Of a DNA stretch of 34,007 bases, positions 1 to 9,228 are shown piece after piece (positions within the stretch are counted from its first letter, which is position 1; each line of letters opens with the position of its first letter). The notes beneath the pieces were generated by a model. The model was not told where the DNA came from. It ran no database searches and saw only the letters and a list, made by a program, of their open reading frames with translations. A program made the translations under genes and the position numbers. Location: the NCBI GenBank assembly GCA_964501035.1, contig CAZCRK010000013.1:1-34007 (forward strand), read 5' to 3'.

Positions 1-731
1 AGTGTAAAAATTATCACCGTTTGACTTGGGTCTAATATTTGTTGAGCCCATACCATTATCAAAATTCCAATAAATGTTGCGAAAATACCTGTAACAATGA
101 GGGCTAACCAAAGCGTGTTTGACCATACTATGGGGTTAGGCTCAAAAACAACACCATGAATGACAGATAAAATTGTTACCACTACGGTCTGAACAAGAAA
201 AAATCGGAAAATATTTACTCCAAGTTTAATAAACTTATCTTGGAAAATGACATGGTAGGCAAAAGAAAATGCGCAACCTAACGTTAGAATATCTCCAATA
301 TTAATTCCTTCACCCTTTGGATTGATGAGTAAATATAACCCAAGTATTGCAAATCCTACAGATGTCCAAATTTGTTTGGAAATTTCCTTTTTATAAAAGA
401 GGATTAAAATTATTGGAACAAAAATTACAGCCACACTTGTGATGAAAGCAGATTTACTTGCAGTAGTTTGCATTAATCCGAAATTTTGGAATGCGTACCC
501 AATAAAAAGCCAGAAACCGCAAATCGTTCCACCTATCAACTCATTTCTAGATATCTTCAGAACATTCTTATTGACAAACAATAGCGTTAAAACACATGCA
601 ATAAAGAAACGGATTCCACCAAACCAAAAAGGAGGTGCATCGTTGAGCGCATCCTTCACAAGTACAAAGGTTACACCCCATATAAATGTTGTAAAAATAA
701 GTCCAATTTGGGCTAAGATTTTTTTAGTCAA
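1..731 (-). CDS. DMT/EamA family transporter (3' end runs off the window)
   Basis: Not in the ORF track. TTG start at 731 directly follows the menG stop (732-734). Translation MTKKILAQIGLIFTTFIWGVTFVLVKDALNDAPPFWFGGIRF is a typical EamA N-terminus (IWG.tF...K.....pP......RF), followed by hydrophobic helices. Confidence 0.85.
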   Translation of the reverse strand, partial: MTKKILAQIGLIFTTFIWGVTFVLVKDALNDAPPFWFGGIRFFIACVLTLLFVNKNVLKISRNELIGGTICGFWLFIGYAFQNFGLMQTTASKSAFITSVAVIFVPIILILFYKKEISKQIWTSVGFAILGLYLLINPKGEGINIGDILTLGCAFSFAYHVIFQDKFIKLGVNIFRFFLVQTVVVTILSVIHGVVFEPNPIVWSNTLWLALIVTGIFATFIGILIMVWAQQILDPSQTVIIFT

Positions 732-1442
732 TTATTTATTACCCATAAAAATACTGGAAACACCAAAGGTTAAATCATAAACTTCAGAATTCATAAAACC
801 AGCATCTACAATCATTTGATTCACCTTTTTTCTTGATGGGAAATGATCAACCGATTCGGGTAGATATCTAAATGCATCTTCACGGGCTAAAAGGGCACCA
901 ATTTTAGGTATTACTTTATTAAAATAAAATCGGAATAATGCTCCAAAAAGCTTTGATGTTGGCTCGGAAAATTCCATGATCGCCAACTTTCCTCCAGGTT
1001 TTAAAACTCTATAAAATTCTGAAAGTGCTTCTTTATAATGTCCAATATTCCTAAAACCATACGAAATTGTTAGGGCATCAAATGTATTATCTTTGAAGGG
1101 GAGGTATTCTCCGTCTCCTTGAACAAACTTGAAATATTCTTCGCCATGTTTCTTGGATTTTTCTTTTGCAATTCTAACCATATTAAATGCATAGTCTAAC
1201 CCAATTACATGGACATCATATTTTTTTCTAACAGCAAATGCTACATCACCCGTTCCTGTTGCAACATCTAGAACCAATCCACCATCGGATACATCCAATG
1301 TGTTGACTAATTTTTTTCTCCAATAAATATCAATACCAAAAGATGAAAGATGGTTAAATAAATCATATCGATGTGAAATATCTTCAAACATTTGTTTGAC
1401 ATATTGCTTTTTTTTCTCACCAGAATGAGTAAACTCTGACAT
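732..1442 (-). CDS. menG: Demethylmenaquinone/ubiquinone C-methyltransferase (UbiE/MenG)
   Basis: Motifs MFEDISHRYDLFNHLSSFGID, VLDVATGTGD, ISYGFRN, RVLKPGG, YLPESV; GGAG RBS; divergent from menF. Confidence 0.93.
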   Translation of the reverse strand: MSEFTHSGEKKKQYVKQMFEDISHRYDLFNHLSSFGIDIYWRKKLVNTLDVSDGGLVLDVATGTGDVAFAVRKKYDVHVIGLDYAFNMVRIAKEKSKKHGEEYFKFVQGDGEYLPFKDNTFDALTISYGFRNIGHYKEALSEFYRVLKPGGKLAIMEFSEPTSKLFGALFRFYFNKVIPKIGALLAREDAFRYLPESVDHFPSRKKVNQMIVDAGFMNSEVYDLTFGVSSIFMGNK

Positions 1443-1472
1443 TTTTGATTAATCTCCCAAAATTGTAGGGCG

Positions 1473-1480
1473 CAAATTTA
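1473..1480 (-). promoter_or_regulatory. Putative FCB-type -7 promoter box (TAAATTTG) upstream of menG
   Basis: Exact match to the Bacteroidetes TAnnTTTG consensus about 30 nt upstream of the menG start. Confidence 0.4.
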
Positions 1481-1561
1481 CATCAATTTAACCCTTCTGA
1501 CCCTATTCGTTGTTGAAACAATCTGAAGGTTGTAAATTTCACCCCTAATTTTTCATAAATT

Positions 1562-2968
1562 ATGATGTTAACAACTAAAAATACAGATATTAAGCACATT
1601 GAAGAAGCAATAAACAAAGCTAACTTGTTAGATAAACCTATTCTGTTTGCTCATTCATTTCGTTTTTATACCAATGATTTATTGCCATTATTAACTCACC
1701 CTGCTGACAGAGATGTAACACGAATTTACTGGGAACAACCCAAGACCTCGTTTTCCATGGCAGGATTAGGATCTCTTATAGAACTTGATGTGCAAGATAA
1801 TGAAAACCTATTGCTATTAAGTCAGAACATAAATGAAATATTGGATAATGCAGTGATTGTTTCTGATAATGAATCGATTGGTCCTCGATTTATTGGTGGA
1901 CATGCATTCAATATTGAAACCTCTCCTGATGAAACATGGAAAGAATTCCCAAGAGGTCGATTTATATTACCTGAATGTTTAGCAACTCGTGTTAATGAAA
2001 ACTCGTATTTAACGATTTCAAAAATGGTTCATCCTTCAGATAACCCTGAAGATGTTAAGCAATCATTTTCGAAATTATGCCATCATTATGAAAATAGATT
2101 ACCCGTAACATTACCCCCAATAAAACGGGTACCTGTTGATAAATTTAGAGATATACCAAATAAGAAAACATATTCAGATACTATTTTTTCTGTCCTCGGA
2201 GCAATCAGACCGGGGAAAGTTGAAAAAGCAGTGATTTCCCGTTCTCATCATGTAAAAGTTGGGCATGGATTTAGTGCTGTTTCAGCCATTCAGATATTGA
2301 GAAATATGTATCCAAAATGCACCAATTTTATGTTCAGTTTCCCTCATAATGGAATTTTCTTTGGATCTACCCCAGAATTATTGGTTCGGTTAAAGCAAAA
2401 GTTTATTGAAACTGAAGCCCTTGCTGGGACCATTGCACGAGGCAGAAATATGGAGGAAGACCGGCTGCTCGCTGAAACTTTGTTTGACAGTCATAAGGAG
2501 CGTGAAGAACATCAATTTGTGATTGAACAAATAAAACGGAAATTAGCTCAACTGATTCCAGATTTACAATTTTCACATGAACCTCAAATTTTGAAACTTA
2601 AAAATGTGCAACATTTACACACACCCATATCAGGGCATTTGAAAAATGGTGACAATATTCTTTCATTGGTGAAACAATTACACCCCACTCCAGCTGTTGC
2701 AGGTACACCCACAGATAAAGCATTAGATATAATTCATAAAGTCGAATCGCATGATCGTGGATGGTATTCGGGACCTGTTGGATGGATTGATACAAAAGGA
2801 GATGGTGAATTTTGTGTAGCGCTTCGATCCGCATTGGTAAAGGATGAAGAAGCACATGTTTTTGCTGGTGGAGGTATCGTGTCGGAATCGTTACCCGACC
2901 AAGAATGGACAGAAACTGAGCTCAAACTTCAACCCATTTTGACGGCACTTTCGGGCGGTGAAGTTTAG
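1562..2968 (+). CDS. menF: Isochorismate synthase
   Basis: Chorismate-binding motifs GSTPELLV, EALAGT, KEREEH, LHPTPAVAG, RGWYSG, FCVALRS, FAGGGIV, ETELK; coupled to menD. Confidence 0.92.
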   Translation: MMLTTKNTDIKHIEEAINKANLLDKPILFAHSFRFYTNDLLPLLTHPADRDVTRIYWEQPKTSFSMAGLGSLIELDVQDNENLLLLSQNINEILDNAVIVSDNESIGPRFIGGHAFNIETSPDETWKEFPRGRFILPECLATRVNENSYLTISKMVHPSDNPEDVKQSFSKLCHHYENRLPVTLPPIKRVPVDKFRDIPNKKTYSDTIFSVLGAIRPGKVEKAVISRSHHVKVGHGFSAVSAIQILRNMYPKCTNFMFSFPHNGIFFGSTPELLVRLKQKFIETEALAGTIARGRNMEEDRLLAETLFDSHKEREEHQFVIEQIKRKLAQLIPDLQFSHEPQILKLKNVQHLHTPISGHLKNGDNILSLVKQLHPTPAVAGTPTDKALDIIHKVESHDRGWYSGPVGWIDTKGDGEFCVALRSALVKDEEAHVFAGGGIVSESLPDQEWTETELKLQPILTALSGGEV

Positions 2969-4647
2969 TGAAAGCGTCACATCAATGGAACCAAATTTGG
3001 AGTAATACTACCGTTGACTGTTTGGCAAAACTTGGTGTCCAATATGCATGTATTTCTCCAGGCTCACGCAATTCTGCCCTAACACAAGCATTTGCATCAC
3101 ATCCATCTATCACATCATTTAGTCATATCGATGAACGTTCGGGCGGATTTTTCGCCTTAGGACTCGCAAATGCAAGTCAAACACCAGTCGTATTGGTGTG
3201 CACATCAGGGACAGCAGTTGCAAATTTCATGCCCGCAGTAATTGAAGCAAGTTTGAGCAGGATTCCCCTTATCATTTTATCGGCAGATAGACCTGAATTT
3301 TTAATCAATACCGGTGCAAATCAAACCATCCAACAAAAACATCTTTTTGGGCATCATGTTCGTTGGTTTGCGGATGTTGGACTACCTCAAAAAAACCAAC
3401 AACCTTTGATTGATTTACTGCAAAAATCAATCCACATTTCGGAAGGGTCTGCACAACCACCCGGCCCCGTACATTTGAATTTTCCATTTGACGAACCTTT
3501 ACTTGGAAATACCGTATCTGAATCAAATTTTACCCTATCAAAACAAAAGCAAAACACTATCAAAAGTGAGTTACCACAATTTAACAATTTCAACAAACCG
3601 CTCATTATTGCTGGGCGCTTAAACTCCGAAACAAAAGTGGATCACATTATTGAAATATCCGAACATTTCAATGCTCCGATTTTTGCTGATGCTCTCTCAC
3701 AACTTCGATTTAATAAGCTACATCCGAATATTATGACCGGGTACCATCATTTCTTGAAAAACTGTGATGTTAATCCAGATTTCGTTATTCGGTTCGGTCA
3801 AAAACCCGTATCAAAAATATTAAACCAAAAATTGGATGATTGGAAAGAAGTTACATTTTTAGTTGATACCTATGGTCATTTCAATGATGATTGTCCACAG
3901 GTCATTCGCCAAACTATATCAGATTTCACCCAAAATTGTCAGAAAAATATATCGTTTAGAGCCGAACAAAAGTGGAATGATTACGTACACAGTTTAGACT
4001 TAAATGTTAGGGAATCAATTCAAAATCATAATCACTCTTTTTATGAGGGTGATATTGCAGATATTTGTCTTCATTCATTGCAATCGGGCGATCAATTGAT
4101 TGTGGGGAATTCTATGCCAATTCGTGATTTAGATATGTTTAGCAATAATTCCCAAATAAAAATTCGTACATTTTGTAATCGAGGAGCTAGCGGTATTGAT
4201 GGGGTGGTTTCCACGGCACTTGGAATTGCATCAACAAATAAAAATACTCACTCATTATTGCTTATTGGTGACCTCAGTTTTTATCATGATATGAACGGGT
4301 TATTATTTGCAAAACGATACAATGTAGATTGCACAATTGTGGTTATCAACAATAATGGTGGTGGTATTTTTTCATTCCTACCCCATGCAGATTTAAACTT
4401 GAAATCGTATCCAGAATTTTGGACTACATCGCATAATATAAATTTTGAACCCATTGCAAAAATGATTGATAGTTCATACAAAAAGGTGAGTACTTCCGAG
4501 GGGCTTAAAATTGCATTGAATAATGTAACTAAACGTGGTGTGGAAATTATTGAAGTAGATGTGAACATGGAGCATAATGTAGCAACTCACCATGATATTT
4601 CAGACCATATTCAAACCAATTTAAAGCAGGTTGTTACTTCAATTTAA
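2968..4647 (+). CDS. menD: SEPHCHC synthase (ThDP-dependent)
   Basis: ISPGSRN, HIDERSGGFFALG, CTSGTA, SADRP, PVHLNFPFDEPL, NSMPIRD, NRGASGIDG, GDLSFYHD; GTG start overlaps the menF stop. Confidence 0.96.
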   Translation: MKASHQWNQIWSNTTVDCLAKLGVQYACISPGSRNSALTQAFASHPSITSFSHIDERSGGFFALGLANASQTPVVLVCTSGTAVANFMPAVIEASLSRIPLIILSADRPEFLINTGANQTIQQKHLFGHHVRWFADVGLPQKNQQPLIDLLQKSIHISEGSAQPPGPVHLNFPFDEPLLGNTVSESNFTLSKQKQNTIKSELPQFNNFNKPLIIAGRLNSETKVDHIIEISEHFNAPIFADALSQLRFNKLHPNIMTGYHHFLKNCDVNPDFVIRFGQKPVSKILNQKLDDWKEVTFLVDTYGHFNDDCPQVIRQTISDFTQNCQKNISFRAEQKWNDYVHSLDLNVRESIQNHNHSFYEGDIADICLHSLQSGDQLIVGNSMPIRDLDMFSNNSQIKIRTFCNRGASGIDGVVSTALGIASTNKNTHSLLLIGDLSFYHDMNGLLFAKRYNVDCTIVVINNNGGGIFSFLPHADLNLKSYPEFWTTSHNINFEPIAKMIDSSYKKVSTSEGLKIALNNVTKRGVEIIEVDVNMEHNVATHHDISDHIQTNLKQVVTSI

Positions 4648-4662
4648 CGTTGTTCATTTTTT

Positions 4663-5496
4663 ATGTTTATTAACGGTCCCAAAGCACATTATTTTATTGA
4701 TGAAAGTCATTTCGTACCAGATCAAACCCCTATTGTATTTCTGCACGGATTCATGGGGTCGCACGAATCGTGGAATGACATGGTTGCACACCTCAAAACA
4801 TCATCATTAACTATCGATTTACCCGGTCACGGGCAAAGTACCTTTACGGAAAAACATCCAACATATTCATGGTTGGACTGGAGCAATGATTTCAAATCTA
4901 TTTTAGATTCTTGCCATATTTCAAAGGTAAATCTATATGGGTATTCGATGGGTGGTCGTTTAGCATTAATGTTTGCAAATGCCTATCCTCATTATATTAA
5001 ATCCCTAATTTTAGAAAGTTCAACTCCTGGGATTATAGATGACAAGGAAAGAAATAATCGAAAGATACAGGATACTCAAAATGCCCAATTAATTCGAGCA
5101 AATTATTCACAGTTTTTAACTCAGTGGGAACAACATAACCTGTTTTTGCATCAGAAAATTAGAAATGAGGACGGGTGGAATAATCAGAAAGAAATACGGT
5201 GTAAACAAGACCCCTCGCAAATTGCAACATCCTTAGAAAAATTAGGCACTGGTTCCATGCCACCATTATGGGATAATCTTCCAAACTACCATTTTTCAGT
5301 TACCGTAATTACCGGGGATGATGATGCAAAATTTAGTAAAATTGGACAAAAGATGAACACCTTGCTTCCAAATTGTCATCTAAAAACCATCCCAAACTGT
5401 GGACATAATGTGCATTTGGAAAAGGGAAATTACATTAATAATTTTTTGCAGAATTTATCCCATCTTGAATCGTTGGTTGATCTGCTGGGACATTGA
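4663..5496 (+). CDS. menH: SHCHC synthase (alpha/beta hydrolase)
   Basis: FLHGF, DLPGHG, nucleophile motif GYSMGGR, GDDDAKF, GHNVH; follows menD. Confidence 0.88.
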   Translation: MFINGPKAHYFIDESHFVPDQTPIVFLHGFMGSHESWNDMVAHLKTSSLTIDLPGHGQSTFTEKHPTYSWLDWSNDFKSILDSCHISKVNLYGYSMGGRLALMFANAYPHYIKSLILESSTPGIIDDKERNNRKIQDTQNAQLIRANYSQFLTQWEQHNLFLHQKIRNEDGWNNQKEIRCKQDPSQIATSLEKLGTGSMPPLWDNLPNYHFSVTVITGDDDAKFSKIGQKMNTLLPNCHLKTIPNCGHNVHLEKGNYINNFLQNLSHLESLVDLLGH

Positions 5497-5549
5497 ATAT
5501 AGTTGAAAGTAAAAAGTGAAACAATAATACACGATTGTGTTGTTTTCAT
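5430..5549 (-). CDS. Possible 39-aa small protein (MKTTQSCIIVSLFTFNYIQCPSRSTNDSRWDKFCKKLLM)
   Basis: AGGAG at 5562-5558, 8 nt upstream of ATG 5549; overlaps the menH 3' end on the opposite strand. Confidence 0.3.
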   Translation of the reverse strand: MKTTQSCIIVSLFTFNYIQCPSRSTNDSRWDKFCKKLLM

Positions 5550-5645
5550 TTGAGAAACTCCTAAACAGTGTATTGAAGTTTACAAATAATTTAATATATG
5601 TTAGTCTTTTTTTGAATTGTGCTTATGGTGCGAAAAGAAAATGGA

Positions 5646-6887
5646 TTAATACAATTTTTCTCCTTCAGATTGTGCAATAACTGCCGCACCTATACTGTCG
5701 GATGAAATATTAACCATGGTTCGTAACATATCAAGTGGTCTATCCACTGCAAGCATTGTACCAATAATGAGTGCTACATCTTCATCCCTAAAACCAACCG
5801 CTTGGGTCACAATGAAAATCATGACCAATCCTGCACTTGGAATACCCGCAGCGCCAATGGATGCCAAAAGAGCGGTTAACACCACAATAAATTGTTGAGA
5901 AAAGGTTAACTCAATTCCCAATACTTGACTAATAAACAGCACCCCTGCACATTCGTAGAGAGCAGTTCCATCCATATTAACTGTCGCTCCCATGGGAAGA
6001 ACAAAACTAGATACTTTATTGGAAACACCTGCATTTTCTTCGACACAACGCATGGTTACTGGCAATGTAGCATTGGATGAACTTGTAGAAAATGCTGTTG
6101 CCATTGCCGATGCCATGGCTTTAAAATGTTTTAATGGATTTATCCGTGTTAAAGCAAAAAATATTAGGGGTAAAATAATCAATAAATGAATTGAAAGACC
6201 TAAAGCAATGGTCATCATGTATTTTCCAACGACGGAAAAGATTCCAAAACCTGTATTTGCAACGACTTTTGTAATGAGACCCAACACCCCAAGCGGTGCT
6301 ACTTTAATTACCATTTCTGTCATGACCATTATCGCTTGAAACACCGAATTAAAGAAAGATTTTAGTGGGTTGGCAACTTCAAAATCCAGTTTTGTAATGA
6401 CGACTCCTAAAAATATCGCAAAGAAAATGATTCCCAGCATATCGCCTGATGAGGCCGCTTGAATTGGATTAAGTGGAATCATGCGAATTAAAATATCAGC
6501 TGGAGAACCGGGTGTGTTTAATTTCGATGCATCAAAACCATCACTTACAGGTAGATTTGCTCCGATCCCAGGTTGAAAAACATTGGTAAGCGTTAATCCC
6601 ACCAATATGGCAAACAGACTGGTAAACGCATAATACAAAAGTGTTTTTCCACCTAATCTACCTAAACTTTTACCATCACTAATACCCGATACGCCCGTCA
6701 CAATCGAAGCGAAAATAAGTGGCACAATCACCATTTTCAATAAGCGAACAAAAATAGTCCCCATTGAACTGATGAGACTATAGAGCCAACCGTTAATTCC
6801 GCCTAAATATTGGTGTTGAAATAAAATTCCAAATCCTATTCCAATTGCCATTGCTATCAATATTTGCCAGTGTAATTTGAGTTTCAT
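5646..6887 (-). CDS. Dicarboxylate/amino acid:cation symporter (DAACS/SLC1, GltP/TcyP-like)
   Basis: Motifs AFSTSSSNATLP, GATVNMDG, GAAGIP, DRPLDMLRT. Start re-assigned to ATG 6887 (MKLKLHWQIL) behind GGAG, rather than 6989. Confidence 0.92.
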   Translation of the reverse strand: MKLKLHWQILIAMAIGIGFGILFQHQYLGGINGWLYSLISSMGTIFVRLLKMVIVPLIFASIVTGVSGISDGKSLGRLGGKTLLYYAFTSLFAILVGLTLTNVFQPGIGANLPVSDGFDASKLNTPGSPADILIRMIPLNPIQAASSGDMLGIIFFAIFLGVVITKLDFEVANPLKSFFNSVFQAIMVMTEMVIKVAPLGVLGLITKVVANTGFGIFSVVGKYMMTIALGLSIHLLIILPLIFFALTRINPLKHFKAMASAMATAFSTSSSNATLPVTMRCVEENAGVSNKVSSFVLPMGATVNMDGTALYECAGVLFISQVLGIELTFSQQFIVVLTALLASIGAAGIPSAGLVMIFIVTQAVGFRDEDVALIIGTMLAVDRPLDMLRTMVNISSDSIGAAVIAQSEGEKLY

Positions 6888-7031
6888 GCTTTCTCCGAAA
6901 ATTATAGTTTGGAAGTTACAGGTTTCTACGCAGAATGAACAAAGATACTTTCTAAATTTTAAATTTTTAGGATTTTCTATTTTCATCATTTTAGAATATA
7001 GTAAATTAGTGTTTATAATTTATGAGGGATT

Positions 7032-8075
7032 ATGTCAAAAGAAGTTCGGTTAACAAAATATAGTACAGGTGCTGGTTGAGCGTGTAAGTTGAGTCCATCG
7101 GACCTTGCTCACGTGTTGAGTAATTTACCAACTGATACATTAAATTCAAAAACTGTCGGGTTTGAAACGTCAGAAGATTGCGCTATTTTCCCACTTGATA
7201 ATGGTCAGTTATTGATTCAATCCGTTGATTTTTTCACACCCATAGTGGATGATGCCAAAACATTTGGAAAAATTGCAGCAGTTAATTCGTTGTCTGATAT
7301 TTATGCAATGGGAGGGACACCTCTGTTTGCATTAAATGTTGCTGGGTTTCCATCTGATGAATTGCCGTTGTCTGTTTTGACCAACATATTGCAAGGAGGT
7401 ATTCACATTGCACAAGATGCTGGGATTTCCATTTTAGGCGGACATACTATCAAAGATGATGTTCCAAAATATGGATTAGTGGTTACTGGCATGGTGGATT
7501 CTGACAAAATTGTTCGCAATAATTCCGCAAAACCCGGAGATATACTCGTACTAACAAAACCATTGGGATTGGGAATAATTTCTACCGCCATAAAAAATAA
7601 CAATGCAGATAAAGATTTAGAAAATACTGCCATAGAAACGATGCTTGAGTTAAATAAATCAGCATCAGAAATAATGGTTCAGTTTGATGCACATGCCTGC
7701 ACGGACATTACTGGGTACGGCTTGTTGGGCCATCTAATGGAAATGTGTGAAGGTAGCCACGTTTCTGCGCAGCTAAAGTTTAGTTCTATTCCATTTATTG
7801 ATGGAGTTGAAAATCTCGCTGAAGAAGGTGTAATTCCAGGAGGTACCAAGAAAAATTTAGCTTTTGTTAAAGACAGAATAGATTTTGCATCGCATATTCA
7901 ACCCCACCAACAATTAATGCTTGCAGATGCACAGACGTCGGGTGGTCTGCTTATTTCAATTGATCCATCAAAGGTGAATGATTTGGTTTCAAAACTAAAT
8001 GAAAAAAATGTAATGTGTGCGGAAATTATCGGCAATGTCCAAGAATATAATTCCAAAAGTATTAAGGTCGATTAA
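7032..8075 (+). CDS. selD: Selenide, water dikinase (selenophosphate synthetase), selenocysteine-containing (U16)
   Basis: ATG 7032 behind GAGGGA is in frame with the ORF-track fragment and reads MSKEVRLTKYSTGAG-U-ACKLSP, with in-frame TGA 7077-7079 at the catalytic C/U-x-x-K motif. Further motifs: QSVDFFTP, NSLSDIYAMGG, GGHT, TDITGYGLLGH, DAQTSGGLL. Confidence 0.95.
7080..7114 (+). promoter_or_regulatory. Putative bacterial SECIS element of selD
   Basis: Directly 3' of the UGA: GCGTG(7080-84)/CACGT(7110-14), TAAG/CTTG and apical GTCC-atc-GGAC (7093-7103) can pair. Confidence 0.6.
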
Positions 8076-9226
8076 TGAGCCGTGTTTATTTGGATAATCA
8101 AGCAACTACGCAAATAGACCCCGAAGTTTTGAAAGAAATGATGCCATATTTGACTGATAAATATGGGAATGCTTCGAGTCGAAATCATCCGCAAGGTTGG
8201 GAAGCAGATGAAGCAGTTCATATTGCGAGAGAACGTGTTGCTGAAAGTATTTGTGCAAATCCAAAAGAGATAATTTTTACTAGCGGAGCGACCGAAGCCA
8301 TCAATTTAGCTCTGAAGGGATGGTTTAAAAAAAACAAAGCAAAAAATCATCTCATAACCTTAAAAACTGAACATAAAGCTACACTAGATAATTGTTCCAT
8401 CCTTGAAAAAAAAGGAGTTAATGTTACATACCTACCAGTTCAAGAAAATGGAATAGTTGATTTAAAGGTTTTAGAGAATTCAATTACACCAGATACTGCG
8501 TTAATTTCAATCCTGCATGCAAACAATGAAATTGGGGTTATCCAACCCATTGAAGCAATTGGTAAACTATGCAAAAAAAATAATATTATATTTCATGTTG
8601 ATGGGGCGCAATCTTTGGGAAAATTACCCATAGATGTACTTAAAATGGGAATTGATTTATTATCCATATCTGCCCACAAATTATATGGACCCAAAGGAAT
8701 CGGTGCTTTGTTTGTACGTAGGCGTAATCCTCGAGTTGATTTACATGCTATAATAGATGGTGGCGGACATGAAAATGGGTTGCGATCTGGCACATTACCC
8801 GTTCATCAAATAGTTGGTTTTGGAAAAGCATGTGTTCTTGCAATAACAAACATGGTACCTGAACAAGCTAGAATTGGAGAGTTACGAAAACAACTGGCAA
8901 GTGCAATCCAAAGCGGGTTACCAAACACCATCATAAATGGAGATTTAGATAATCGCCTTGCAGGAAATTTAAATATGTCATTTACAAACATAAATAGCGA
9001 AGCACTCATTATGGCCATGCCAGAAATTTCGGTTTCTACGGGGTCCGCGTGTACATCTTCAACAATGGATCCATCTCATGTATTATTAGCATTGGGGCGT
9101 TCAAAAGAGCTTGCTTACGGATCAATTCGAATTGGGATTGGACGTTTTACGTCACAAGATGATATTGAAATCGCCTCAAGGTCTATTGTAAATGGTGTAA
9201 AAAAACTTCAATCTATTCGATTGTAA
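8075..9226 (+). CDS. iscS: IscS-type (group I) cysteine desulfurase / possible selenocysteine lyase
   Basis: YLDNQAT, GNASS, FTSGATE, HVDGAQ, SAHK (PLP Lys), RSGT, GSACTS; the start overlaps the selD stop (TAATG). Confidence 0.88.
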   Translation: MSRVYLDNQATTQIDPEVLKEMMPYLTDKYGNASSRNHPQGWEADEAVHIARERVAESICANPKEIIFTSGATEAINLALKGWFKKNKAKNHLITLKTEHKATLDNCSILEKKGVNVTYLPVQENGIVDLKVLENSITPDTALISILHANNEIGVIQPIEAIGKLCKKNNIIFHVDGAQSLGKLPIDVLKMGIDLLSISAHKLYGPKGIGALFVRRRNPRVDLHAIIDGGGHENGLRSGTLPVHQIVGFGKACVLAITNMVPEQARIGELRKQLASAIQSGLPNTIINGDLDNRLAGNLNMSFTNINSEALIMAMPEISVSTGSACTSSTMDPSHVLLALGRSKELAYGSIRIGIGRFTSQDDIEIASRSIVNGVKKLQSIRL

Positions 9227-9228
9227 GT

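Noticed and set aside
439..780. 113-aa plus-strand ORF
   Set aside because: Antisense shadow of the EamA transporter gene on the minus strand.
6888..6989. N-terminal extension of the DAACS ORF containing CSFCVETC
   Set aside because: The family-like sequence and GGAG RBS start at 6887; the extension is divergent promoter DNA.
7077..7079. selD (and the Rdx gene) as pseudogenes, or UGA reassigned to Trp/Gly
   Set aside because: Both UGAs fall at catalytic Cys positions with downstream hairpins. Trp is encoded by TGG in these genes and TGA serves as a stop elsewhere (e.g. menH at 5494-5496).
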